NCBI RefSeq assembly: GCF_006345805.1
Contig: NC_043002.1
Span: 84,072,001 to 84,136,000, forward strand
DNA length: 64,000 bases
Source: Octopus sinensis
Lineage: Eukaryota
Direction: 5' to 3'
Part shown: positions 23,531-38,188 of the stretch, piece after piece
Position numbering within the stretch: the first letter of the stretch is position 1
Layout of the letters: every line of letters begins with the position of its first letter
Translations under genes and position numbers: made by a program
Notes under the pieces: generated by a model
Seen by the model: the letters and a program-made list of their open reading frames with translations, nothing else
The model's database searches: none
Told to the model about the DNA's origin: nothing

Positions 23531-26500
23531 CAGACAGTTAATGTTTTAAGTTCTAGAAAAAAAAGTGAAACACAAAAGTTTTGATATATTAAAAAAAAAA
23601 TGGAAACAAAGAAAGGAAAACATGTTACATGTGTACAACTTTGCAAAATTAATAAATAAAATTTCTTAGTACATTCCATATTCAGAAAACTAGTGTACAT
23701 ATATATAAATGGCAGCTAGAGATAAGAGACGATATTACCAGAAATATCATATATATATATAGCTTACATTATATAATATACATTTACAGTATATAATATA
23801 TATACATATATGTATTTTTATTCAAAGCCTATTAGAAACAAAGAATTAAAGAAGTGTGTATGTGTGCATGTGTGTATGTGTGCACGCGCTTGTGCTTTTC
23901 TGAAATATTTCTGTATTACACTAAAAACATGGAGGCAAAATTTAAAATAATTAAAAACAATAAATGGTAAAAATCAATCATTTGAAGTATTAGTTTCAGT
24001 ACTCAGTATCAATGATTACTATACCAATTCCAGGTGACTGCATTATTGTTGTTTTTTGGGTTTTTTTGTATGTGATAAAATATTTAGGAACAGAAAAAAG
24101 CAAAGCTATACTTCTAGATTAACAATCAAATTTAGACGAACTTGTACAATACAGAATTACATTACAACAAAAGACATCCGAGAAGATGGGAAAATGAGAA
24201 GAAAGTAGGTTAGCTATCTTTATATGACAATATATAAGAAAGAGTAATTTGTCTTGTAACCAGAGTGGATGTTGAGAAATAGGTAGGAAAGAAAATATCA
24301 AACTGGATGTTAACAGCTAGAAAGAAACAACATAGCTTTGGTTTTAAATGTTATTGTTACTGTTATTTAACCCAAATTCAACCCTTACTGAGAAGGTTTA
24401 TCATCAAAGGCATTTCAGCCATGACCATCCCATCTTTTTAAAGGTGTGACTTGAGAGAGAATCAACTACTATTTCTATCAAGCTGAAGATCTCTTATTGA
24501 CTCCAGTTTTAGATGTGTATGCTGTAGGTATTACGCTGTACTTTTAGGATGACGTGCAATAGACTGTATTAGCTTGCTACAGATAAACAGCGATTTGTTT
24601 TGATTTTGTGATTGAGAAAAGAGATGTTCTAAAAGAGAGAGCCTTGTGTTGTAAAAGAACAATTGACTGAAACATCTGACATGATGTAAAAACATGGGAT
24701 ACATTGGTATTATCCATTTAAAACAACAATAATAATAATTTTTAGAGAACTGACAACAAGAATCAATCCTTCGATAAATGAAGAGGTCCATAATGAATGA
24801 AAAGAAAAAGAATAAAAAAGGAGTAGCCCCTAGAGTTGTTAATATAAGCCAATAATGATTTATTTTGATAAAAAAACACAAGGCCCACTACATTTTTAGT
24901 GGAAGGAGTTGCATCAATTGAGTTATTCCTAGTATATTACTGGTATTTATTTTATAACATCAATGTCAACCATCTAAGGGAATTTATCTGACTGTGATGT
25001 TGCCTAACTTAAATCACCAAAAGCAATCCAATCCAACCCACCAATGATCTAAATATATCAAAAATACAAGAGTACTGTTGTGTCAATGAAATAGAGGGGG
25101 TAGTGTGAAACTAGACTGAGTAGGAGGCAAGGGACTCCGCATGACAAAGCTAAATAGAGAGAAATCTACAAAATATATGTCGGGAGAATGAGAATAGAAA
25201 TAAGTAGATTTTTCTTTCAGGAGACATTTGAATAATTACTTAGACATATACACTTCCACGTATAGTGTGTAGATAGCTTTGTCAATGGAGATCCCTCAAC
25301 CAAAAAGAAAGAAAAAAAAACAGTTGGAGATGGAAGAGGCCAACATAGATACAGTATGAGTGTATATAGATATACTTGTAAAATTAAGTGTTGCACAGCT
25401 AACATGCAATCGGGAGGTGAAAACAGCTATGTACAACAGTAGTCATTAGTAGCTGTACAAGTATGTTGAGTCTCTTTACATTTCCACTAAGGAAGATAGA
25501 TACATCTAGACCCACAAGAGAAAGAACAAAGACAGAAACTAACCGAATAAAACATTTGAGGAGGATTTAATACTGATTTACTGCTGGGTTCACCCTATTT
25601 CGGGAGATAACTGATAGGTGAACACCAACTCTGTCTCAGTATCCACCAGCAAATGCAATTTTTGTATCAAGTTAATGAATAATATTCATAGAAGAAAAAT
25701 TTAATATATCTGAAAATTTTTCCCCTCTAAAAGTTAACTGGTTTATAATTGTTATTTCCTAGTGTAGAGAGGGTTTAGACAGGAGTGAAACATCAACATC
25801 TGGTTGAATTGTTTTAGTTGAAGAGTTATGCTACTGACATAAAATGAGGCAGATGAAGGAGGTCAGTTTTCGGGCAATTAAAACGTTTCGTTTTATTAGT
25901 GAATATCGGGAGTCCAGTTGTTTGAACCCCCTCCTCCACCCCTTTCATGTACAAACTAAAGAGAGAAAAAAAACAACAAAAAACGTCACAATTCAGTCAA
26001 CCATAATAACTGTAATAAGAGTTAGGGTGTCAATTTTGTGGCATATTTCAAGGAAATCAAAGAATAGATAGGAGAAAGGTCTGGTAAACTAATTCAAAAC
26101 CAGAAGAAAATCATGAATTTGATGGGAATTGATAATTAGTATTTTAGAATAATTAAATAACAATATAATTTTATAGGAAAGATGGTGTACCAAGATGAAG
26201 ACCCACATTTAAACAAAACAGACATGTTATCAAAGAATATGCCAGTGTGAAAAAATAAGGAAAATAAAAACACTTATCAAGATACAATAACTTCCCAAAT
26301 ATAATTTCACAGACTTAAGGACCTATAGAGCAAAAGACAAAGTTTAAGAAAAGACTTCTTACATAAAGGAAGTTCTAAGCCCCTAGCTCAGAGACATCAA
26401 CGATTCAAAGATTTACTGTGACAGTTTTAGCATTATTTAAGATGTTAGCAGCAGCATACAAGGGATAAAAATGTTAGTAATTTTAATCAATCAACTTCGA

Positions 26501-29500
26501 TAATGAGGAAATACTTCCTGACAAAGCTAAAAAAAAAAAAAATTGCACAGACAGTCAGCTTTGTGAAACCACCCAATGAAAAAAACTGCCTTTGTAAAAA
26601 TATGTATAATATATATATATATACACACAGAACTATAATTATTTCAGGAATATACTCGTATCCCTAAACTAATTTCTTTCGGGAGTTGCTCAAATTAGTT
26701 GAATTCGGGTATAAGAGTAGAGTTACCAGATGAAAATTAGGGTTTTTAGATGTGTTTGCTTACTAACAGTTAATTGATAGTTACTGAGTTATAGAACTAA
26801 GTCAAGTTCCTATTAGTAAATACACTGAATGTCGTCTAATTGCATGATGCTGCAATCACATTTGAAGAAGGGTGAGTTATAACAAATTATTTGGTAACAA
26901 ATTATTGTATCTGTTATATGTCAATAATGACTGACGGCCATTGAGTTAACAATAGCAATTTGTCTCTTGTTGATGTGCTGACCACTGTTGTGTAACATCT
27001 TTCAATGAACAGGCGACAAGACGAGTAGACATACTGACAAGAATAATGGTTAAAAAAAAAAACTGAAATTGGTAGGCTAGTGAAAAAGTGTGTATTTGTA
27101 TGAATCAGATTGAAAATTAAAAATAACAAAAACATACACCTATTTTGTTTGCAATGCCATAGCTAACAACAAATAATCATTCAATATGAGTCGACAGAGA
27201 TACACTCACATTCTGCCAATATTAATAAATTGACAACAAACACCAAATGAATTTATCTGTGAGAAAATGGGCAGTTTTCATTTCTTTTTTTTTCTTACAT
27301 ATTTTTTTTTAATATAAAGAGCAAAAGTTTGGTTTTTGCATGTTTTGCAAGTGAAATGCGAAGAGAATGATATGTTTTTGAACTGCACTGCACTGCAAAG
27401 AGAATACAGAGGTAAGAGTCTCTAACAGAAAACAAATTTATGGCTATACCAATCAGTCAGTAGATAATGAAACCTTATGGGTTTTTATTTATTTTTTAAG
27501 TAATAAAACATCCAGCACTAGTTTTAAGCTTCAAAGCCAAAATATAATAATTTTGAAAAAATATTTGGAGAAGAAAACAAGTCCTTGCACTAGTTTTTGA
27601 TATGCAAAGTGTTAAATTCCTGCTTTAAAAATTTTTTAAATAATTTTTTAATTGCCCATTAAAAATCCTCTAAGCAAGGTCAACATATATGATGTAACAT
27701 TCAGAGAAAATAATCCCATTTGACTAATTATTACAAGAAATTCATTTCATAATAAGAACAAAATATTATACAATATAAAATGGTTTGTCAATAATCATGG
27801 ATGACAATGATGTTGATAATAATAATAATTTCTTGTTTCTAAATTAGGCAAAAAGCCAACAGGTTTCAAGGGATTGTCTTATCAAACCCCAGCACTTGAC
27901 AAGTACTTCATTTTATTGTCCCTGAAAGGATAAATGACGGACTTGATGTTGGCAGCATTTGAACTCAGAAAGTAAAGAGCTAGAACAAATACCACAAGGT
28001 ATTTTTTTCCAATGCTCTAATGATTTTGTTAATCCAGCCACCCAATAATAATGAATAACATTAAGCCCTATAATGATTACTGCTAATAACTGTTTATACT
28101 TCAAATACTATACTCCTATGGGAAGAAAATGATAAAAGTTGAAATCTTGGAAAATGAGCTCCAATAATATTGCATGCAAGCAATTTACATATCTGACAGC
28201 TTCTGCAGAAATTTTGACACTGGAATTATCTATATGTATACACACACACACCACACACACACACACAAATTCTTTTTTTTACATCAAACATGCACTGTAA
28301 CTGGGGAAAAAAATTTGTTTTGCATTTTGATAATTTTGATGTTGCAAGGTAAGTTAATTTTTTTTAATGTTATATAAATTGAAGTATGACTAAAGCTACT
28401 GTAAAACCATTATCATTACTTAAAATATGAGTAAACAATAACAATGAAAAGTGACAATTATGTTCACATCAGGATATCACATTTCAAAAGTATAACTGTG
28501 AAGTTATCAGATAAGATAGTCCATTAGTAAGTCTAGAGTCATACATGATACAGAAAAGAAGGTATCAGAGCTGATGGCATAGAACAGCACATATTACTTA
28601 TATCTTAAAATAATTAAAAAACAAAACAAAAACCCAGCTACCACTGGTCTAAAGTTTCTAAGTTAGATGACCAAGTGTCACCAATTTTGGCAGTTTATAG
28701 TGAAATGAAGATGTCATAATACAGAGAAAAAAAAAATGAAACGAAGGAAGTATTTTAAATGAATAGTTGAATATCAAATGAAGTTAAAATAATGGTTTCA
28801 AATTTTTGCACAAGGCCAGCATTTCCAGAGGAGAGGACAAGTCTATTACATTAACTGTTCGACTGGTACTTATTTTATTGACTCTGAAGGGATGAAAGGC
28901 AAAGTCAACCTTAGTGGAATTTGAACTCAAAACATAAAGATGGACGAAATACTGCTAAGCATTTTGCCTAGCATGCTAATGGTTCTGTCAGAAGAAACAG
29001 AGTTTAAGAAAGCCACAACAATGTAAGTTGAGAAACGAATGGTAAACAACGTTTCTGTTTATGCTTTATTTCCAAATTTACATTGAGGCAGCTTTCTTAA
29101 ATGCTATTACTCTATTTCCACAATGCTTCATATTAACTATTATAAAATGAAAATTGTTAAGATATGCATGCTGTTCATAAATCAAGAAGCAGCATGCAAT
29201 CAGAAGCTGCTAATAGATAATTCTAGGAATAGAATAAAATAAAAGAAAATTAGAAAAAAAACCCCCCATTCTGTATTATTACACATCATATTTTATGAAG
29301 TTTAACTTGTACTTAGGTGACATCTAGAACATAGAAATAAGAAAGTTCAAGTCAGTGCAATATATAATTGAAATGGTTTATTGCGTGCAAAGAAACTATA
29401 TTCTTGTACACAGTCGGATACCCAATCTTTCTCACTGCTAACCAAATGGGAAGTAGAGGGAAAGTCAATTTGTCAGTCAAGCTAGCAGAGTTATGTACCT

Positions 29501-31754
29501 TCACAGAGGCACAACATAATGTTTTTCTCAATAATGTAGATCTTACTACCATTTGAAAACCCCAATTAGATATTGAAAAAAAAAAAAATCATTTACCTCT
29601 ACACACTACAGTGTATATTATATTCAACGAGAGAATTATGATATATATATATATATGCATTTTAAACTAAGAGTGAATAAAAATGCAAAGGATATTTTAG
29701 ATGTTACTCACTTTGAGAATCTATTATATGACCATTATATCTGCACTCATGAACATACAGTTTTGTAACTAACAAAATACTTTCCAGTTTTAAACAAACA
29801 CCTTTCTATTGAAATCTAAAAGCCATACGTAAAATATTTTTGTTACAAATGTAACGAATATAGTAACATAGCCTGCTGACAAAAAATATATTACACTAAC
29901 TGAGATAGTATTCTTTAAAGATAGAACAGTATGACATTTAACAATGATATGCAATTTATTTTAACCTGTTTTAAAGGAAGAGAACTATATAGTAAGTTAG
30001 AAAAATTGGAAGCCACTGCATAAAAACCTATCTCATGATTTAAGTTTTATTATGAATGTAGTAATAAATATTTTAATAGGAACAAACCTGTGTTATTATT
30101 ATTATTTGCATTTGAAAGTTTTGATTTTCATTAGGAATAATCAGAGGCTTCATTTTAAATGTTTCGGGAGCATGATTTTAGAATTACAGATGACATGAAA
30201 TTCGTAGAGATAACGTGAAAAGATAACACAGAAAAATACAGAAAAGAAAAGAATCAATAAAAAAAAAGAGAAAGAAAAACACTAACTTATCAAAAGGGAC
30301 GATATAAAATGAACTACAGTTAAACAACATTGGAGATAACGAGAAAAAAAACACTGCATATGCATGAATGCAAATTAAGGTATTAATATAGTAAATAGTA
30401 GATACAAACATTATTTTATTTTATTTATTTTATCTAGTTTCAGCTCACGAGCTGTGGCCATGCTGGGGCACCGCCATTCAAAAAGCGATAGAAATAATAC
30501 ATTTCTAAATCTCTCAGAGAGATTTATACAGTAGCAGCATGATAAAGTGATGGCATGTTGTCAACTTAATGTGACAGTCCCATGAAGAATATGTAATAAT
30601 AGTCAAATTTTGTTTCTTCCATTAGCCTAGAATTTAAGATTTTATTTTGGGAGAGAGTTTGGCAGTAAAATGTGAATGAGTGACATAAATGCCATGTCGA
30701 AGGTATTAACTCTTTAGCATTTAAACCAGCCATATGTAGCCCAAATATGCTACCTGTTTTATGTTCAAACAGGAAGACCCAGCCTAACACACCTACTCTT
30801 GAATGCCATTCTAAAAATATACAATCACATCATCAAAATTTCAAAGCTACAAAATAATGCATGATTAATTGAAAACAATGTGAAAGGAAAAGCATTACAT
30901 TTGACAGAATAATCTGAATGCTAAAGAGTTAATGAAGCGAAATAGCTTCAATGGGAAACTGAGACTGAGTAAAGGACTCAGTTTATTTAGGAGCAGTGTT
31001 CGTTCATTCATTCATTCATATATTCATACATACATACATATACCCATATTCACATATATGCATTTATACATGCGCAAAAACATTTAAATGATTCGGGTTT
31101 ACTGATTCAACTTTTATATATATATATGTATAAAAAAAATGAAAGAAAAAATACCTGTCTGAATTTTAGTTCATAAAAAAAAAAATATTTTTAGTATTTG
31201 ATTAAAATATGAAGAGGTAAAAGCTACAGCACTATTAAAATAAAATAAAATGTCTCTCATACCTTGTTTTTGCATACAATTATCAAAGACTTTGCAAAAT
31301 GGCCTATTTTCATTATTATTGTTACTATTCATCATTTGTGTTGGTATTCTTTCTACATGATTTTTACCCACCCATAACATTCAGGATAATAAAAAAAAGT
31401 GTTGTACACTCCCAGGTCTATCACCAAAGAAAGCATTGCAGCCATAACTATCCGATCTACTTTTAGACAAGTGTATCTAGAACTATATTATTGAACATGT
31501 CTGTTTTAAGATGAAAGGTAATTTGAAGATTTGGCTCATGACATACATACATACATACACATATATATATACAGATAGTATTTCCTTTTCCATTTATTCA
31601 TTTTACATATATTCTACCTTTTGGAAGAATAGTGGATACTCAAACTGTTAAAGAGATTTGTTTCATTTCCCCCCCACTTCCTGAGTGTCAAACTAATATC
31701 AACTCTTTATTTTTTAATTTCTCTTTGTGTTATACCTATCATCATCTTTGCAGC

Positions 31755-31799
<45 letters not shown>

Positions 31800-32011
31800 C
31801 ATATATATATACATACATACATACACACACACACACATATATATATACATACATACATATATATATATATACATACATATATATATACATACATACATAT
31901 ATATATATATATGTATACAAAAAGAGAGACGGAGAGAGAGAAGTGATAGACAGAAATCATTGATATACAAGTGACATAGTATTTTTAAAAATTTTCTTTT
32001 ATCCAAACTAT

Positions 32012-32499
32012 GTTGATAGGTGAAGACTAATTATATCCTTGTGGTACCAGTGCCGGTGGCACATAAGAAAACCATCCGAACGGGACCGCAGCCAGTACCG
32101 CATCGACTGGCCTCCGTGCTGTGGGCACGTAACAAACACCATCCGATTGTGGCCGTTCGCCAGCCTCATCTGGCACCTGTGTCGGTGGCACATAAGAAAA
32201 CACCGAAAACACCATCCGAGCGTGGCCGTCTGCCAGCCTCGTCTGGCACCTGTGTCGGTGGCACATAAAAAACACCATCCGAGTGTGGCCGTCTGCCAGC
32301 CCTGTCTGGCACCTGTGTCGGTGGCACATAAAATCACCCACTACACTCTCGGAGTGGTTGGCGTTAGGAAGGGCATCCAGCTGTAGAAACACTGCCAGAT
32401 CTGACTGGCCTGGTGCAGCCTTCGGGCTTGCCAGACCCCAGTTGAACCGTTCAACCCATGCTAGCATGGAAAGCGGACGTTAAACGATGATGATGATGA
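32012..32499 (+). mobile_element. Young RTE 3' UTR copy with about 5 array units
   Basis: Near-identical in reverse complement to 49440-50100; CpG-rich. Confidence 0.88.
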
Positions 32500-32506
32500 A
32501 GGTAAC

Positions 32507-32544
<38 letters not shown>

Positions 32545-34754
32545 CATGCATGTTGTTGAGATGATTGTATGGTACGTGCGGGCAAAGTGAAGACTGATCT
32601 TTGGAAACTGACAAAGAACTATAATGAGAGGCAGACACAATGCTGGAGGTGACAAGCCTTCCCATGCAAGCAGAGCAAAAAAAAAAACAATTGTGAAAAT
32701 GGTGGAGTTGGAGACTAGGCTGGATCTCTCATCTATTATTTTCTTGTTAACTCTCCACCTACTGCCCTCTATGTTACTTTCTCGCTTTCCCCCACTATCC
32801 ATTGTACCATATCACAAATATACAACAAATGATGGCACTGAATCTGTCTGTGCTCCCACACATCATCTTCCCTCATTCTACCTCTCTACTATCATGATGC
32901 CTGTATAATAAGGCTGGCTAGCCATCACTCTCTCTTACTAACACCAACTTTATATTGCTATCCACTAATCTCTCAACCTCACATTATTCCTGCCTATCAT
33001 TCCTAGTTGAGAAAACTCACTCTCAGCATCGTGGATTTATATCATTCTTCCCCACCCACAACATGTAACTATGGATCACTCTATTCTATTAACCTTTTCT
33101 CCTATCATCACATTCGCTCCAATTCACTCACCCATCATATTTATGCTCTTCCTTCTTTTCACCTTCTCGGTCATGTTTGCATTAACAAACAGAGAAAGTA
33201 ACAGACAAGACAACTGCTCCAGTGCTGGCACTATGATATAATACATTAGCACACTCTGTAAAATGGTTTGTGTTGGAAGGGATATCCAGCAGTTAAAAAC
33301 CATGCCAGATGAAAAGTACAAATGAGATGTCATTTCCCAACCCACCTAGGAGGGCAGTTCGTTTGAACAAGAGCTGACACAAATCACAATAATCTATCAA
33401 GTATATGCCAAGGTGGAAACGAATGTAAAATAGCAATGATGTTGAGGATGACACACACACATGCATTTAAATGTACAAGTGTGAGGGAAAAAAATTAGTA
33501 CATGTAAAACACTTTACATATTCATTAGAAGTTGATGATTCCTTTAAATGCTACTCCAAACAAAACCCATCTCTTGCATGGAGACACTGGTAGCATAAAA
33601 TTATAAAAGTTATTTCCATGTGGGTCAAAACTTTATCATTATGTATAAGTCGGGTACAAGTGTTTAGTTATGAAATTTTTTTCTTTTTAGGAAATATGAA
33701 TTTGAAATTACGGATGTTTGTTTTTAAATTAAGAATCAAAAGTCGGGTGTTTCGTGTGATTTAAATGTAGTCTATGTAGAGTTTCTCTAGAGTCGGGCAT
33801 TTCATAGAAAGAGGATAGGTACGAAGGACAGGCAGTCCTATACATCTTACCAGCATTAGTTCTGGTTTGGGATGGAGTTGGAATATTTTACATACAGAAA
33901 CATAGTAGACAACATGAAACAAGAGTAAAAGTGATCTTTATGTTTTCTTAAAGGCTATTATTATTGAAATGTACTTCTACATCAATAATATTGCTAATAT
34001 TTCGGTGTGTATTATATGTACATATATATACACACACACACAAATGCATACATATACATACATGCAGACACAATTTACTTTGCTCTAAATGTTTGAAAGT
34101 ACAATGATATTTATATAAGCATCCTACATTTTGAAGTCAAAAAAACCATATATTTCATATTTTATGTGATTTGCATGCATGTAAGCATGTTTGGGTGTGT
34201 GCGCATGCTTGTTTGCTTGCTTCCCTAGAAATTACAGTTATTTTGTGTTTCTTCTGTGCAAGCTGGTGGCTGTGTTTGAGGGCAAGTTAGCCTTTGTATG
34301 TTCATATATATAAAAAAAAATATTGATAACAAAATCTGTTTGAAAATTGGAATTTTAAAAGCTTATCTGTAAATTTAGGAGTCGGGTTGAGGTGCTTATT
34401 TTCAGGAGATTGTAATTGTTTAAAGAAACAAATAAGCATGGTAGTAAAAATAAAAATGAAAATTAAAAAATCATCATTATCATAGTAATTGAAAAAATAA
34501 TTAAAATCAATTTTACATAATAATGACAATGTTACAGATAATAATAATAACAATTTCTTATATAAATTAATTATGATATAACAGTAAAGGTGAAAACCAT
34601 AAAACAGATGAATTTGACCGAAATCTGCTTCTAAAAGTCACAATTTATACATGCAACACATATATACCTGAGGCACACCAAGATGAGTCTGGTAATATAA
34701 TTAAATATTTCTATGTAATAGTTGTAAACACAAAAACTGATGATGATGAAGAAA

Positions 34755-34795
<41 letters not shown>

Positions 34796-35661
34796 ATGGT
34801 TTCAAATTTTGGCACAAGGCCAGTAAGTTTGGGGGTGGAGATAAGTTGATTACATCGACTCCAGTATTCAACTGGTACTTATTTTATCGACCCTGAAAGG
34901 ATGAAAGGTAAAGTCAACCACGGTGGAATTTGAACTCAAAACATAAGGATGGGCAAAATATACCGCTAAGCATTTCGCCCAGCGTGCTAACAATTCTGCC
35001 AACCCACTGTCTTGATGATAATAATAATAATAATAAAAATGATGATGATAATAATAATAAGAATAATAAAATAATGGTTTCTGATTTAGGCACAAGGCCA
35101 GCAATTTTAAGATGAGGGAGTTAGTTAAATCAACCCCAGTGCTTGACTTGTACTTTATATTATCAATCCCAGGGGGATGAAAGACAAAGTTGACCTTGGT
35201 AGGGTTTAAACTCAGAATGTAAGGAACCAAAAAGAAACATTGTCTTATGCTCTAATTGATCCTGCTAATCAATCAAATGATGATGATGATGATGATAATG
35301 ACAGTGGTCATCAAGATAGAAAATAAAATCAAAATTAATCTCACTCTATCATATCATTGTCTTCAATATTTTCCAATCTATTTGGTTTTTCTTTAACATT
35401 ATTTATGCACAAAAAAAATTTAAATAAAAGATTATTTTCTCATAATTTCTTTAAATATCATATTAATCCACATCCACTGTAGGGCAGATTATATGAAATT
35501 TCCACAAAATACACAAAATACAAAGAAAAAGTCACAAAATCAGAATAAATTAGTTTTAGGTAGTGGCAAGGAGGGGGTGGGTATTGATAAGTGAGAGAAT
35601 AACAAGTTAAAAAAAACACAAAAATAATTCATATAAAGCAATTTGGGAGATGGCAAAACAA

Positions 35662-35697
<36 letters not shown>

Positions 35698-37339
35698 CAG
35701 AATAGAGAATGATAAAAAAGAAATACCTGAGAAGGTATGAAAAGATAGAGAAGAACATAAATATGATCCAATAGATAAGTTGGTATGAAACAGTAAGATC
35801 AAAATTAGAATAAATATACTGAATGACAATGTGGATAATCTGTACAGCCAGTGGTCACTTGCAGGTGAGTATGGCTTGGTGACACACACCATGATTTTGC
35901 TCATTGTTTTAGGTGCTATATTAGTTTTGAGCAGATACAGACACCCTCTTGAACCTCTCACTCTTGATCCAGTGACATATTCAAAATGTGACAGCAAGAA
36001 GGAGAGAGAGAAAGAGAGAACTGTACCAGCACACAGTTGGCACTCTTTTCAGCTGATTAAGCTGGAGCAATGTAAAATAAAGTGCTTTGCTCAAAGACAT
36101 CATTGTGCTGCCTGGTCCAGGAATTGAAACCATGACCTAATGAGTTAAACACTTCTAATCACTAGAACATGCACTTTCACCATGTATAATCTAAAGTGGT
36201 TTTAAATGGAGGAGTGAGGAAAACCATGGCACAGAAATTGAGAGCTTAGTGCTAAGGTTACTAACTCAAACTCCTATAAACATATACTTTTTTCAAATCA
36301 GAAGCAGATTTCAAACTCAGAGTTGTTATATAAGCAATCCAAGTAAAAACTACAGGACTTATAATAAAACTTGAGATCTGCTATTGAAGTTCGGGATACT
36401 GTTGTTAAAAAATAAAATGCTATAATTTTACTAATTTTTAAGCTGTGACCATCCTGTCTTTGTTAAGGATACTGTCCAACCAAACAGCTGAACTTATAGA
36501 ACTGGCAAGCATGAAAATTGATTTTTTTATTTATTTATTAGTATATCATGCAAACAACCTCGATAGAACTTCGTATTTCTTTTCCTCTTTCAAAGAAAAC
36601 AAAAATTTGACAGTGGTGAGAGGTGGGAGGAGAGGGGCATTGGGAAGAAACTGCAAAAAAAAAAAAAAAAAAAGAAAAAAACATTGAAATATTAAATTAA
36701 AATTTTAAGTTTCATAATTCCTATTTCAAAATTTTACAGGGGGTAAAAAAAAAAAAAATTAAAAAAGGCATCATACATACACACTTGAGTAACACAAACG
36801 AAGAGGCACAAAAACAGGTTTTTCTCTGCTTCAATACATAATGGTTATGCACAGTCACAAAACAAGCTTGGGCAAGATGTCATGTCTATCTTGGGATCTA
36901 AGATACCAGACTCTCCTCATGCTTGTCCTTACTGCTGTCGTTCAGCAGAGAGGAACACAAGTTATGTACCTTTTATTTTCAATAATAACACAATGCCTTT
37001 TATCATGATATGAACTCATACACCCATCTCAAGAGCTCTCTATCTTACGCACTTAGTTATTGTGCTTTTTCTATATACATTATATACATACATGATACAC
37101 ACACATATATTAACATGCATACAAGAAATGAAAGCTTTTTATCTGCTGATATATTTACAAACAGTGTTCAGTGATATAGTTGATAAGTGGCACTAAAAAA
37201 TAGAAATTGTATCCTCATCTGCTTGCTTTCTTTCTTTTTTTTTTCCTTTCAACTTTTTAAAATTATATATTTTTTTCATGTTTCATTATTTTTATTGTTT
37301 CCATGTTTTCATTCAAGCAGAAAACATTAAACAAGAAGA

Positions 37340-37341
37340 AC

Positions 37342-37397
<56 letters not shown>

Positions 37398-37450
37398 TAA
37401 TAATAATAATGATAATAATAATGATAATAATAATAGTAGCATTAATAATA
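37340..37450. repeat. (AAT)n microsatellite
   Basis: Direct reading. Confidence 0.95.
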
Positions 37451-38155
37451 AAGAGTTAAGCATGTCTCCCTAAGTTTAAAAGGTTAGAGAGAATATTCGG
37501 GTCAAAGAGTTTGAAGATAGATTTCTAAATTTACCATTTTGCTTGCTTAGAGATGTCTTTCAAAAATTAATTTTAAGGTTTTTTTTTTTTTTTGAAAAAT
37601 AAATGTATTCATTATTTCTTCAATTTTTCTTTTATTGTTTTTCTTCATTTTAGTCATTCGGGAAATTTTTAAAAATGATCTTTTTCGGGATAATCATTTA
37701 AAAAAAAAAAGGAAAGAAAATAACAAAAAAAAAAAGAGAAAAAATGTTCTCATATTCTATTTTCTTACTAAATCAATTTTTGTTTTTTTTAAATATATTA
37801 AATTTTTGTTTGAATTATTATTTTTGCTTTTTCTTTTGTAGAAAACCTCTTTTTTTAAAATAAACTCAAAGCTTTCATATACAACAGTTAAAAAGAAAAA
37901 AAATCATAATTATTATAAAGAAAATAAAATGAAATAACTTTTCTTTTATGTTTTTTTTCTCTTAAAAAAAAAATTATATGGCAAAAAAAAAAATGCAACC
38001 AGAGAAAATGTATGAATAAGGTTTGTCAAAACTTTAGAGACAACTTTTTTTTATAGTCTCTCTTCTGACAACCAAACTTATTTCGGGACTTGATGATTCT
38101 CTGGAAAATTTTGAGTTTTAAAAACAAAATTACAATTTAAAAACATATAATAATG

Positions 38156-38188
<33 letters not shown>

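Noticed and set aside
35831-36127. ORF with a hydrophobic segment (MILLIVLGAILVL..)
   Set aside because: GTG start, C-terminus runs into (AG)n and an antisense SINE, no recognisable homology or exon chain.
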